From Candidatus Sericytochromatia bacterium (GTDB lineage Bacteria > Cyanobacteriota > Sericytochromatia > S15B-MN24 > JAQBPE01): a stretch of DNA of 64,000 nt. The stretch is taken from assembly GCA_035285125.1 (NCBI GenBank), contig JAYKHR010000045.1, positions 32,001 to 96,000 on the forward strand. The letters run 5' to 3'. Within the stretch, counting starts at the first letter, position 1. The number at the start of each line of letters is the position of its first letter. Of this stretch, positions 19,364 through 28,367 are shown one piece after another. Made by a program: the position numbers and the translations under genes. A model generated the notes under the pieces. The model was given only the letters and a program-made list of their open reading frames with translations, was not told the DNA's origin and made no database searches.

Positions 19364-20881
19364 TCAGCCTGCCCCGCGACGGGCCCCGAGCGCCGCGTCA
19401 GGGGTGGCCTCCAGGGGCAGCCCGAAGGCGGCCAGCACCAACCCGTACACGTCCGTCAGCCGCGGCCTGGCGGGCATGGGCACGCCCACCGTCACCAGCG
19501 GCACCCAGGAGTCGAGGGCGTGGAGGGAGCCGTGGTTCCCGCGCCCCATCGGAAAGCCCGAGGTGAACTCGTGGCCGAGCCGCGCCGTTAGCACAAGCGT
19601 GGCCGCCTGGGGGGTGGACAGGGCTGAGGTCGCGCGCGCAAGCGCGTTGGGGTAGGCCCCCTCCTCGATGCGATCGCCCCGGACCACCAAGTCGAAGACC
19701 CCCCCGGCTCCCCGCAGCGTCCAGGTGCCGCCCCAAGGGTCGCGCACCGGGCCGCCAGGCTGCCAGGCCAGCCTGGCCCCCGAGGCAGGCTGCCAGGCAT
19801 GGCATGCGTCGCCGTCGCACCAGAGGACCTGGTCCACCGCGGGCCAGGCGCCCACCTCATCGAGGACCTCCTCCCGCAGCCGCCGGGCGTCCTCCTGGAA
19901 GTAGAACCAGCACATGCGGTCATTCGGAGCGACGGCAAAATCGCAGGCCTGCCCCCGCAGCCCCCCGTCACGCAGCGAGGCGACCCGGTGGCGCGGGAAC
20001 ATCTTGAAGACGTTGATGGCATGGCCCGGGCGCCAGGGGTGGGTGTCGCTCTGGCTGTGGTCCCCCACCAGGATCCAGCGCGCCTCCCGCACGGCCTGGT
20101 CCCACGAGCCGTAGGCCGCCAGGAGGCGGGCAAGCTCGCCGTCGACGCGGCGCAGGCTCCACCCGATGCGGGCGGGCCCGTGGTGGTGGGTCCGCAGGTC
20201 GTTCTCGTTGAAGTAGGTCAGCACGAAGCGGGGACGGGCCTTGCGGATGAGCGCCACCGTCTCGGTCGCCGCAGTGTGGTCGTTGAAGCCGTACTTGTGC
20301 CAGGGGCCGCCGCGCGGCGTGCTGGCGCCCCGCAGCATGTCTCCGAAGCGCAGGTGGGTCGGCCCGCGGAGCGCGAGCTCGGCCGGTAACCCCCCGGCCC
20401 AGGCCAGGCCTCTTGGCACCCGCGCGCGGTGCAGGCAGGGCCCGCGCGAGACGGGGAAGTTCACGCTCGCGGCCTCGACGCCGGCCGCCTCCAGGCGCTC
20501 GAAGATCGTCAGCGCCTGGGGGCTCAGATGCTCGCCGTTGAGGCGGAGCAGGAAGTCTCCGATCACGCGGGAGAGGGTGCCCCAGACCAGAGACTGGGGG
20601 TACGGCCAGTAGTGGACGTAGCGATCGGGCGACCGGTCGTACCAGAGCACGCCCGTGATGTGGTTGTGGTCCGGCCCCCCGCCCGTGGCGATGGCCGCCA
20701 GGCAGGCGGGCGTGACCGAGGGGAACACGCTCGCGCATCGCAGGTCCATCGCCCCGTGCGCGACGAGATGCGCCAGGGCCGGCAGCCGTCCGGCCGCGAG
20801 CTCGGCCGCTACCGTGGTTGGCACCCAGCTGTCCACCACGATCAGGTGGACAGGCCGCTCATCGGGAACCCCCTGGCGCAT
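19364..20881 (-). CDS. Alkaline phosphatase superfamily protein (nucleotide pyrophosphatase/phosphodiesterase-like)
   Basis: IVVDS, SVFPSVT, D..THHHG, GDHSQ, NHGSLH; ATG 20881 with GGAGG upstream. Confidence 0.85.
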   Translation of the reverse strand: MRQGVPDERPVHLIVVDSWVPTTVAAELAAGRLPALAHLVAHGAMDLRCASVFPSVTPACLAAIATGGGPDHNHITGVLWYDRSPDRYVHYWPYPQSLVWGTLSRVIGDFLLRLNGEHLSPQALTIFERLEAAGVEAASVNFPVSRGPCLHRARVPRGLAWAGGLPAELALRGPTHLRFGDMLRGASTPRGGPWHKYGFNDHTAATETVALIRKARPRFVLTYFNENDLRTHHHGPARIGWSLRRVDGELARLLAAYGSWDQAVREARWILVGDHSQSDTHPWRPGHAINVFKMFPRHRVASLRDGGLRGQACDFAVAPNDRMCWFYFQEDARRLREEVLDEVGAWPAVDQVLWCDGDACHAWQPASGARLAWQPGGPVRDPWGGTWTLRGAGGVFDLVVRGDRIEEGAYPNALARATSALSTPQAATLVLTARLGHEFTSGFPMGRGNHGSLHALDSWVPLVTVGVPMPARPRLTDVYGLVLAAFGLPLEATPDAALGARRGAG

Positions 20882-20980
20882 CCCTCGCCCTCCCGGGCCA
20901 CCCCAGGCCCCGTGCGCCACGAGTGTAGGGTGCAGCCCGGCAAAGGCTTGCAGGCGGGCGGGCCTTGCGGCCCAAACGCC

Positions 20981-21010
20981 GGCCGGGGGACCCGTCAGGG
21001 TCCCCCGGCC
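20981..21010 (-). terminator. 13-bp perfect hairpin, probable terminator of the 21089-21697 gene
   Basis: GGCCGGGGGACCC-gtca-GGGTCCCCCGGCC. Confidence 0.6.
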
Positions 21011-21088
21011 GTGCGTGTGTGTGAGAGAGAGAGGAACGCGGAGGTGGTCAAAAAACTTGGTTCAGGTGGCGCCCCCCTCGAATCCCCG

Positions 21089-21697
21089 TCACTGGACCTT
21101 GGGCTTCTCCGTGGTGCCAGGCTTGTCGCCGCCGAAGAGGTTCGTCAGGCCGTCCGCCATCTTCTGGTCGATGCCGGTCTTCTTGATGATCTTGTTCAGC
21201 ACGAAGTGGGTGCCGACCAGGCCCACAAGGCCGACGCCGATGCCGACGAAGGGCAGGATGGCAGGCGAGATCGGCAGCAGGCCCATCAGCGGGCCCGTCG
21301 CGATCGACAGGCACTGGACCATCGCGCCGGCCATGATGCCCTTGCCGATGCCGAACGAGGCCTCGGTGGTCACGTTGGCGCCGGCCCGGGCCGCCGAGAT
21401 CTTGTCGCTCGTGACGTCGCGGACGTTGCGGATGGCGGAGGGGACGACGAACCAGGCGATGTTGGTGAGGCTGAAGCCCGACCGGATGCTCGACTTGAAG
21501 ATGTCGACGATGACGGGCGGGGTGAACGCGACCTTGCCGGCGGCCTGGCCGACGGCAGCCCCCGTGCGGACCACGTCGATGGTGTTGATGAGCGACGGCT
21601 GCATCGCGGCGACGGGCGAAAGCTGGTTCGCGGGCGGCGTAGCGGCCTGCGCCTTGGGCGCGGCGATCGGGCGGGACGCGGTGACGGTGGCGGGCAT
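21089..21697 (-). CDS. Hypothetical protein with Pro/Ala-rich N-terminus and Gly-rich hydrophobic C-terminal hairpin
   Basis: GGAGG SD, strong GC3 bias, hydrophobic stretch GIMAGAMV...GVGLVGLVG. Confidence 0.85.
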   Translation of the reverse strand: MPATVTASRPIAAPKAQAATPPANQLSPVAAMQPSLINTIDVVRTGAAVGQAAGKVAFTPPVIVDIFKSSIRSGFSLTNIAWFVVPSAIRNVRDVTSDKISAARAGANVTTEASFGIGKGIMAGAMVQCLSIATGPLMGLLPISPAILPFVGIGVGLVGLVGTHFVLNKIIKKTGIDQKMADGLTNLFGGDKPGTTEKPKVQ

Positions 21698-21752
21698 CGT
21701 TCCTCCGAATGTCGGGCCTGGCAGCCCGCGGCTCTCTCACCAGTTCTTGGTT

Positions 21753-21825
21753 TTAATTTAGGCTTAAGCCCGCTAAAACTTGCCTTTAAAATTGAAATAT
21801 TAACCACCCCATATCCATTTTTTAA
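21753..21825. promoter_or_regulatory. AT-rich patch with phased TTAA sites
   Basis: TTAA at 21753, 21764, 21786 (11 and 22 bp spacing) and at 21800, 21822 (22 bp). Confidence 0.65.
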
Positions 21826-21982
21826 CCACGACTCCGCCTGAAGGCGGCCCAAACCCGGTTCTCTGGCTGAGATCGGGCCTCCGCCCCCTGCCGCCCTCCG
21901 CCAGGCCGGCCCGCTTGCCGCCTCCCCTCTGCGGGGCCGGCGGCTATGGTGGATGCGACCACCGCCAGGCCGAGGGGGGCGC

Positions 21983-23104
21983 ATGCGGATCGCGATCCTG
22001 GGCAAGAAGCACCCCTTCTGCGGCATCGTGACCTACTGCCGCGAGCTAGCCAGCGGCCTGCGCGAGGCCGGCCACGAGGTGCTGCTGTGCCACGTGCACG
22101 ACGGGCCAAGCCCGGACGAGGCCGAGGTGGCGCTGCCGTTGATGTGGCGCACGCCGCTCTTCGTGGTGCCGTCCCCTCGGGCCCTCGGGCAGCTGGAGGC
22201 CCGGCTGCGCCGGTTTCAGCCGGACCTCGTGCACGCCTCGTTCGCGCTCGGGCCGCTCGACTGGGCCCTGCCGGGGCTCTGTCGCAGGCTGGGCGTCCCG
22301 CTGGTGGCGACGGTGCACGTGGCCCTCGACCACCGGCCGAGCCTCCCTGGTCGCGTCTCGGACCTCGTCTACCGGGCCTATGGCCCGACGCTGCGGCGCT
22401 GCGAGCTCGTGATCGTGTTCTCGGAGGCGCAGGCTGCCCGGGTGCGCCAGGCCCAGGTGGCGCCCGGCCGCATCGCGGTGCTGCCCCACGGCGTCGACGT
22501 GCAGCGGTACGCCCCGGGGCCCAGCCTGTACCGCGCGACGCTGCACGCCCGGGCCCTGGTCTGCTACATGGGGCGCATCGACGCGGAAAAGAACGTCGGC
22601 ACGCTGCTTGAGGCCTGGCGTCGCCTCGGCCCCCCTGCCGACAGCCACCTGGCCCTGATCGGGGACGGCTACATGCGGGCCGGCCTGGAGGCCCGCCACC
22701 GGGGCCTGGCGCGCGTCCACTGGCTGGGCTTCGTGGCTGACGAGGCCCGTCGCATCGACATCCTGCGGGGGGCGGAGGTGTTCGTGCTGCCCTCCAGCGT
22801 CGAGGGGCTGTCGCTGGCGCTGCTGGAGGCGATGGCCTGCGGCGCGGCCCCCGTTGCGACGGACGTGGGCGCCGACGGGGAGGTGATCGCGGGCGTCGGG
22901 CGGACCCTCGACCCCCGCAGGCTGGACCAGGCCCTGGCGCCCGCGCTCGGCGGGCTGCTCGCGCAGCCGAACGAGCTGGCCCGGCTGCGCCGCCTGAGCC
23001 GGGCCCGGGTGGAAACCCACTACGCCCACCAGGAGAACATGCAGCGCCTACAGCGCCTCTACGAGGGGGTGGCGGGCCGGCGCCGGCCTCTGGCGCAACA
23101 GTGA
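21983..23104 (+). CDS. dgdA: GT4 glycosyltransferase resembling cyanobacterial digalactosyldiacylglycerol synthase DgdA
   Basis: MRIAILGKKHPFCGIVTY, PDLVHAS..L.PLD, WLGFVADEARRIDILRGA.VF.LPS.VEGLSLALLEAMACG match my recollection of DgdA; GT4 is secure, orthology is not. Confidence 0.7.
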   Translation: MRIAILGKKHPFCGIVTYCRELASGLREAGHEVLLCHVHDGPSPDEAEVALPLMWRTPLFVVPSPRALGQLEARLRRFQPDLVHASFALGPLDWALPGLCRRLGVPLVATVHVALDHRPSLPGRVSDLVYRAYGPTLRRCELVIVFSEAQAARVRQAQVAPGRIAVLPHGVDVQRYAPGPSLYRATLHARALVCYMGRIDAEKNVGTLLEAWRRLGPPADSHLALIGDGYMRAGLEARHRGLARVHWLGFVADEARRIDILRGAEVFVLPSSVEGLSLALLEAMACGAAPVATDVGADGEVIAGVGRTLDPRRLDQALAPALGGLLAQPNELARLRRLSRARVETHYAHQENMQRLQRLYEGVAGRRRPLAQQ

Positions 23105-23128
23105 AGCTGGCTGCTACAATGCCGCCTC

Positions 23129-23818
23129 ATGCGCACGTGTATCACTTCCACCCTCGCATGGTCGCTCCTGACCTGCAGCCTGGCGCTCGGAGCCCCCGAT
23201 GCGCTTGCGATGGGCGGCAAGGCGCGGTCCACGCCGGCGCCGGCGGACCGGTTCCCCGGCGCCTCGATCGCCGACATGGAAGAGAACGCGGGGCACCTGC
23301 TTCACCTGGGGGCGCGCCTGAGCTTCGAGACCAGCCGCGGCAGCTTCACCTTCGTGACGTTTCCGCGGGAAGCCCCGCGCACCGTGGAGCAGATCGTCAG
23401 GCTGACGCGCAGCGGCTTCTACAACGGGCTGCTGGTGCACCGGCTCGTGTCGCAGACGGTGGTGCAGTTCGGCAACCCCAAGACGCGCACCCTGCCAGCC
23501 TCGCACCCCGACGTGGGGAAGGGGGGCGGCTCCGGCAAGACCATTCCGCCAGAGTTCAAGGGCCAGACGGTGCGGTACCTGGCAGGGACGGTGGGGCTCG
23601 CCCACGGCGCAGACCCCAACTCGGGTGACAGCCAGATGTTCATCACCACCAACGACGCACCCTACCTGGACGAGTCGTACACCGTGTTCGGCCAGGTCGT
23701 GACGGGCATGGACGTGGTGCGAAGCCTTCAGATCGGCGACAAGATCCTCAAGGCCGTGGTGGCCAAGGAAGACCCCGCGCTCCAGGCGACGCCGACGCCC
23801 GCAACCCCGCCGTCTTGA
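23129..23818 (+). CDS. Exported cyclophilin-type peptidyl-prolyl isomerase
   Basis: GFYNGL..HR, GTVGLA, SGDSQMFIT, YTVFGQV; signal peptide. Confidence 0.9.
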   Translation: MRTCITSTLAWSLLTCSLALGAPDALAMGGKARSTPAPADRFPGASIADMEENAGHLLHLGARLSFETSRGSFTFVTFPREAPRTVEQIVRLTRSGFYNGLLVHRLVSQTVVQFGNPKTRTLPASHPDVGKGGGSGKTIPPEFKGQTVRYLAGTVGLAHGADPNSGDSQMFITTNDAPYLDESYTVFGQVVTGMDVVRSLQIGDKILKAVVAKEDPALQATPTPATPPS

Positions 23819-23871
23819 CGCCAGCGCCTCGGTCCCGCCTCGCAGAGGTTCGCTGAGCCCCCTGGCTGCCG

Positions 23872-25905
23872 TCAGTAGAGCGGTACTTCGAGGTCGGGGA
23901 ACGGACGCAGGGCCTCCCCCTCTTCGGTCGGCCCACGCTCGTCGAAGATGCAGAAGGTGGACGTCCGGCGGAGGTGCCTCAGGGCCTCCAGCTGGGCGCG
24001 GGGCGACAGGCCGGCCACCAGCAGCACCTGCTGCTCAGGCGCGAGCGGGTTGGCGATCGCGGCGACGACGCCGACCTCCGGGCGTGTCCAGGTGCGCCCC
24101 TGCCACCAGAGCAGCTTCCCATCGAGGCCCGCGGCACCGGCCGCCGAGAAGCGGACGGGCAGCTGGTCGGCCCACTCGCTGGCCAGGGCATGGACGCCCG
24201 GGCGGCCCACCAGGATGAGGGCGCCCGCGCGCTCCTCGGCCGTCAACTCGGTGTCGCGGCGCACCGCCCTGGGCTGGCCGCCCGGGCCGGCCAGGCGCCG
24301 CGCGAGTTGCTCGGCCGCCTGCCGCATCGCCTCGTTCAGGGCCGCGTCGCCCTGGCTGCCCTGCACGACGACGGCGTTCGGCTGCTCGGCGGCGTCCCGG
24401 ATGCGCAGGTGCCGGCGGCGAACGAGGGGGGCCCGGTCGGCCGGGTCCAGCACCAGGCGCAGGGGGCGGCTCCGGGTCACGAAGGTGAACGGCATGCGGG
24501 CCTCGAAGGTTCGGAAGGGCACCCGCTCGGCGCCCTCCTCGGTGATCAGCACGAGGTCAGTGGGCACGCCGAGCAGGCCCACGCGGTGCGCCAGCGTCCC
24601 CATGACGCGCCACTGCCCCTCGGCCTGCTCGACGCGCACGCCCTCGAAGCCCAGCGCCGGCAGCCCCCGCTCGTTGAGCCACGAGGAGAGCCAGCCGACA
24701 GGCTGCGGCGCGAGCGCGGCGAAGGCCTCCCAGCCGCCTCGCCCGGCGCGCAGCTCGGCGTGCCACGCCTTCACGAGCGCCCAGAAGGCCTCCTCGCCGA
24801 GGGCCGATCGCAGCAGCCCCCAGGCGAGCCCGCCCTTGGTGCCGACGACGGCCTCGCGCACCGACGGTGCGGCGCTCAGCGCCTCCCGCAGCGGGACGTC
24901 ACGGGCCCCGGCCTCGTCGATGGAGGCCGCGTAGTCCCGCGCGAGGTCCGGGGCCTGCGGCGCGGGGCCAGGGCCGCGCTCGCTGGTGGCGGCCAGGTGC
25001 CAGGCGAGGCTCTCCACCAGCCAGGCCCGCTCGGGCGCCTCGGCGAAGTCGCCCTGCGGGGCGAGGGCCAGGGCCGCCGCCCGGGCGCTCGCCGGGCCAG
25101 GCGCGCGGGGCGCGGCCGAGACCCCCTCGCAGGCCACCGGGGCGTAGCCCGCGGGCAGTTCGAGCCAGCGCAGGCCCGGGCGGGGCACGAGCCCGCGCGC
25201 GCGCAAGGCCGTCGGCAGGGCGGGGCGCTCCTCGCCGGGGGCCCCGGGCGGGCCCCAGCCGGGCAGCCCGGCCCGCACCAGGGGCACGAGGGGGCCAGCC
25301 ACGAGCCCCACGGGCTCGCGCTCGGCGGCCGACAGGCGGGCCACGCGCCCCTCGCGGCGGAACTCGGCACGCGGGCAGACGGCGATCGCGCGCCAGCCCT
25401 CCGGCAGCGTGAGGGTGAGCGCCAGGCGCGGGGCCGCCTCGGGCGGGCTCGGCCACCAGCCCCCGCCGGGGCGCAGCAGCGCCAGGCGGGGCTCCACGTC
25501 CTGGCGCAGGCCCGCGGGACCTGTCAGGTGCGGGCGCCCGGCCCAGGCCACCTCCAGCACCCCGCCGGGAAACGCCGCAGGCAGCGCGAGCAGGAGCCTG
25601 GCGCCCTCTCTGCGCCAGGCGAGGGGGCGCCCGGCCAGCGCCAGGCGCGTCGGCACGAGGCCAGGGTGCAGCAGCACCTCCGTGAGGCCCCCGGGGCCAG
25701 CCGGCACCCGCAGGCGCGCCTCGCCCCTCAGCCGCCGCGCGCCTGCCAGCAGCTCCAGCGCCACGCTGGCCTCCGTGACGGCCAGCGGGACAGCCGAGGC
25801 CGCGGGGACCGGCTCGGCCGGCGGGGGGGACGCGAGCCCCAGGGGCACGGGCAGCGCCAGCAGCGCCGCCAGGCCAGCGGAGGCGAGGTGGTGGGTGAGG
25901 CTCAC
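23872..25905 (-). CDS. Exported M1-aminopeptidase-like protein apparently lacking HExxH
   Basis: Signal peptide; WLVESLA and KGGLAW..LRSALGEEAF, WLNERGLP, LDP segments follow M1-like layout; GTG overlaps the hutI stop. Confidence 0.6.
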   Translation of the reverse strand: MSLTHHLASAGLAALLALPVPLGLASPPPAEPVPAASAVPLAVTEASVALELLAGARRLRGEARLRVPAGPGGLTEVLLHPGLVPTRLALAGRPLAWRREGARLLLALPAAFPGGVLEVAWAGRPHLTGPAGLRQDVEPRLALLRPGGGWWPSPPEAAPRLALTLTLPEGWRAIAVCPRAEFRREGRVARLSAAEREPVGLVAGPLVPLVRAGLPGWGPPGAPGEERPALPTALRARGLVPRPGLRWLELPAGYAPVACEGVSAAPRAPGPASARAAALALAPQGDFAEAPERAWLVESLAWHLAATSERGPGPAPQAPDLARDYAASIDEAGARDVPLREALSAAPSVREAVVGTKGGLAWGLLRSALGEEAFWALVKAWHAELRAGRGGWEAFAALAPQPVGWLSSWLNERGLPALGFEGVRVEQAEGQWRVMGTLAHRVGLLGVPTDLVLITEEGAERVPFRTFEARMPFTFVTRSRPLRLVLDPADRAPLVRRRHLRIRDAAEQPNAVVVQGSQGDAALNEAMRQAAEQLARRLAGPGGQPRAVRRDTELTAEERAGALILVGRPGVHALASEWADQLPVRFSAAGAAGLDGKLLWWQGRTWTRPEVGVVAAIANPLAPEQQVLLVAGLSPRAQLEALRHLRRTSTFCIFDERGPTEEGEALRPFPDLEVPLY

Positions 25906-27161
25906 GGCAACAGCCGCCCCTTCTTGATGACATGCCGGGCCAGGGTGACGCCGAAGTGGTAGGCCAGGTGGTGGTGGCTTGGCATGTCCCACACCACGAG
26001 GTCCGCCTGCTTGCCCACCTCCAGGCTGCCGATGCGGTCCGCGAGCCCCAGCGCATGGGCCGCGTTGAAGGTGGCGCACGTGAGGGCCTCGGAGGGCGTG
26101 AGCCGCAGGTGCAGGCAGGCCAGCGTCATCATCATGGGCATCGACTCCGAGTAGCACGAGCCCGGGTTGAAGTCCGTCCCAAGGGCCAGCGCCACCCCGG
26201 CGTCGATCAGGCGCCGCGCCGGGGCCCGCTCGCTCATGCCGAGGAAGAACGGCGTGCCAGGCAGCATGACAGCCACGGTGTCGGAGGCCGCGAGCGCGGC
26301 GATGGAGTCAGGGCCCGTGCACAGCAGGTGGTCCGCCGAGGCGGCCCCCCAGCGGGCGGCCAGCGCGCCGCCCCCCAGGTCGGACAGCTCGTCGGCATGC
26401 AGCCGCAGCCCCAGGCCGTGGGCGCGCGCCGCGGCGAAGATGCGCTCGGTCTGGGCCGGCGAGAACACGCCCTGCTCGCAGAACACATCCACGTAGCGTG
26501 CAAGCTGGCGGGCCGCGACGACGGGGATCATCTGCGTGGCGACGCGGTCTGCGAAGGCGTCGGCGTCCTCTCCAGGGGGCACGGCGTGCGCCCCCATGAA
26601 GGTCGGCACGAGCTCCAGGGGGCCCTCGGCGGCGAGCTCGGCGATGGCCTCGAGCTGCTTGAGCTCCGTCTCCAGGTCGAGGCCGTAGCCGCTCTTGGCC
26701 TCCAGCGTGGTGGTGCCGTTGGCCTGCATCCTCGCGAGGCGGGCCCGCCCCGACGCCACGAGCGCCTCGCGGGTGGCGGCGCGGGTGTGGGAGACGGTGT
26801 GGTGGATGCCGCCCCCCGCCGCGAGGATCTCGGCGTAGCTGACGCCCTCGAGGCGGCGCGCAAACTCGTCGGCGCGGCTGCCGCCGAACACGAGGTGGGT
26901 GTGGGGGTCCACCAGGCCCGGCGTCACCGTGAGGCCCCCGGCGTCGAGCAGCAGGCCGTCAGGCTTGAGCGTGACGGCCGAGGCGGCGTCGCGGGAGGGG
27001 CCGAGCCAGGCGATGCGCTCGTCCGCGAGGGCGATCGCCGCGTCGGCGAGCGTGCCGACCTCGCGCAGCGCCGCGCCGCGCCGCGGCGCGGCGGGGCCGG
27101 CGAGGGTGCACAGCTCGCCGATGTTGACGAGCAGGGTGTCGACGAGCGGGGGGGTGGTCAT
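25902..27161 (-). CDS. hutI: Imidazolonepropionase
   Basis: PGLVDPHTHLVFGG.R..EF, EAKSGYGL, DVFCE, HADEL, SADHL, TDFNPG. Confidence 0.96.
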   Translation of the reverse strand: MTTPPLVDTLLVNIGELCTLAGPAAPRRGAALREVGTLADAAIALADERIAWLGPSRDAASAVTLKPDGLLLDAGGLTVTPGLVDPHTHLVFGGSRADEFARRLEGVSYAEILAAGGGIHHTVSHTRAATREALVASGRARLARMQANGTTTLEAKSGYGLDLETELKQLEAIAELAAEGPLELVPTFMGAHAVPPGEDADAFADRVATQMIPVVAARQLARYVDVFCEQGVFSPAQTERIFAAARAHGLGLRLHADELSDLGGGALAARWGAASADHLLCTGPDSIAALAASDTVAVMLPGTPFFLGMSERAPARRLIDAGVALALGTDFNPGSCYSESMPMMMTLACLHLRLTPSEALTCATFNAAHALGLADRIGSLEVGKQADLVVWDMPSHHHLAYHFGVTLARHVIKKGRLLP

Positions 27162-27354
27162 GGGCAATGGAGTCAGGGGGCTGAGGTCGTGGCGTGGTGT
27201 GGCGAGGCGTGAAGGCCTGCTCAAAAGCCGCTCAGCGCGCCGAGCCGGCCAGAGGGGGGAGCGTTCCCACCCGCGCCTTGCGGGAGGTTGCCGGCCAAGC
27301 CATTATCGCCGTCGCAGGCGCTTTGATCCAGCCGACCGAGGGAGCAGGGCCGGC

Positions 27355-28194
27355 TCAGAACCCCGGCGGGAAGTCCCGGTGATCACGCAGCATCTTCACG
27401 AGGCCAGGGAACTCGTGGCGCCGCACGAAGGCGATGGCGCGCCGCAGGCCGCCGCCGTAGACCGGGTCACGGGAGCGCCACATCGCCTCGCGCGTGAAGT
27501 CGGCGAGCTCGTTGTCGTTCTCCTGCAGCACGTAGTAGGCCGCCAGGTTGCACACGCCCTCTTCGAGGGCCGGATCGTGCTCGGGCTGGCGGTCGAGGAA
27601 CATCCAGGCGTGCATGAGCTCATGGGCCATCGTCTTCTCGTAGACCTCGAGCGGCAGCCCGCGCAGCATGGATATGGTGACCTCGCGGGCCAGCACGCGG
27701 CCCTTGTCGTCCTTGGTCCAGCGCTTGGTCGTGAGGCCGTTGATGTTGCCGTCATGCATCGCGTTGCCGCGGCCGTACATCGCGTTGAGCGTGCCCTGCT
27801 CCACGAGCCGCACCGGGATCTGGCCGTAGTCGAAGCTCAGCCCCCAGGCGGTCATGCGGGCCCGGACCCGCTCCATGGCGGCCTCAGCCTGGCCCTGGTC
27901 GGTGATGGCCGTCTGGTGGCACACGTTGCACACCTCCCGGCCGCCGGGGTAGCGCACGCCCCCCCCCGTGTTGAAGGGCGAGATGGCCCGCGCGCAGTAG
28001 TAGCAGCGCGGGGCGTTCTGGTGCTGGAGGTGGAAGTTGGCCCGCCACTGGTCCTGCACGTAGCGGCCAGGGCCGATTTCCTTGCCGCACATCACGCACA
28101 TGGGGGCCTCGGCCGCCGCTGGCCCAGCGGCGAGCACGACGGCGAGACAGGCGGCCACCAGCGCCGCTTGGCGAGAGATCCAGGTTTTCCTCAT
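27355..28194 (-). CDS. Exported DA1-like zinc metalloprotease with LIM-like Cys/His domain
   Basis: Signal peptide; CVMC..H..H..CYYC..CNVC; AHELMHAW and EEGVCN. Confidence 0.78.
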   Translation of the reverse strand: MRKTWISRQAALVAACLAVVLAAGPAAAEAPMCVMCGKEIGPGRYVQDQWRANFHLQHQNAPRCYYCARAISPFNTGGGVRYPGGREVCNVCHQTAITDQGQAEAAMERVRARMTAWGLSFDYGQIPVRLVEQGTLNAMYGRGNAMHDGNINGLTTKRWTKDDKGRVLAREVTISMLRGLPLEVYEKTMAHELMHAWMFLDRQPEHDPALEEGVCNLAAYYVLQENDNELADFTREAMWRSRDPVYGGGLRRAIAFVRRHEFPGLVKMLRDHRDFPPGF

Positions 28195-28367
28195 GTTCCG
28201 CAAGCCTGACTTGATCCATACCCCGCGCAGCGCCGCGGATCGGTGATCGGTGATCGGTTGCGGCGCCAACGGCGGCCCGACGCCGCCTGGCAGGCCTGCC
28301 GGAACCGCATCGGGTATAATGGCGGGCCTCCCCCCCTTGCCGCGCGCCCGCGCGGGCCACGACTCAG

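Noticed and set aside
27165..27305. GC-rich hairpins in the long hutI leader as a riboswitch
   Set aside because: No recognisable aptamer consensus; such pairing is expected by chance at this GC
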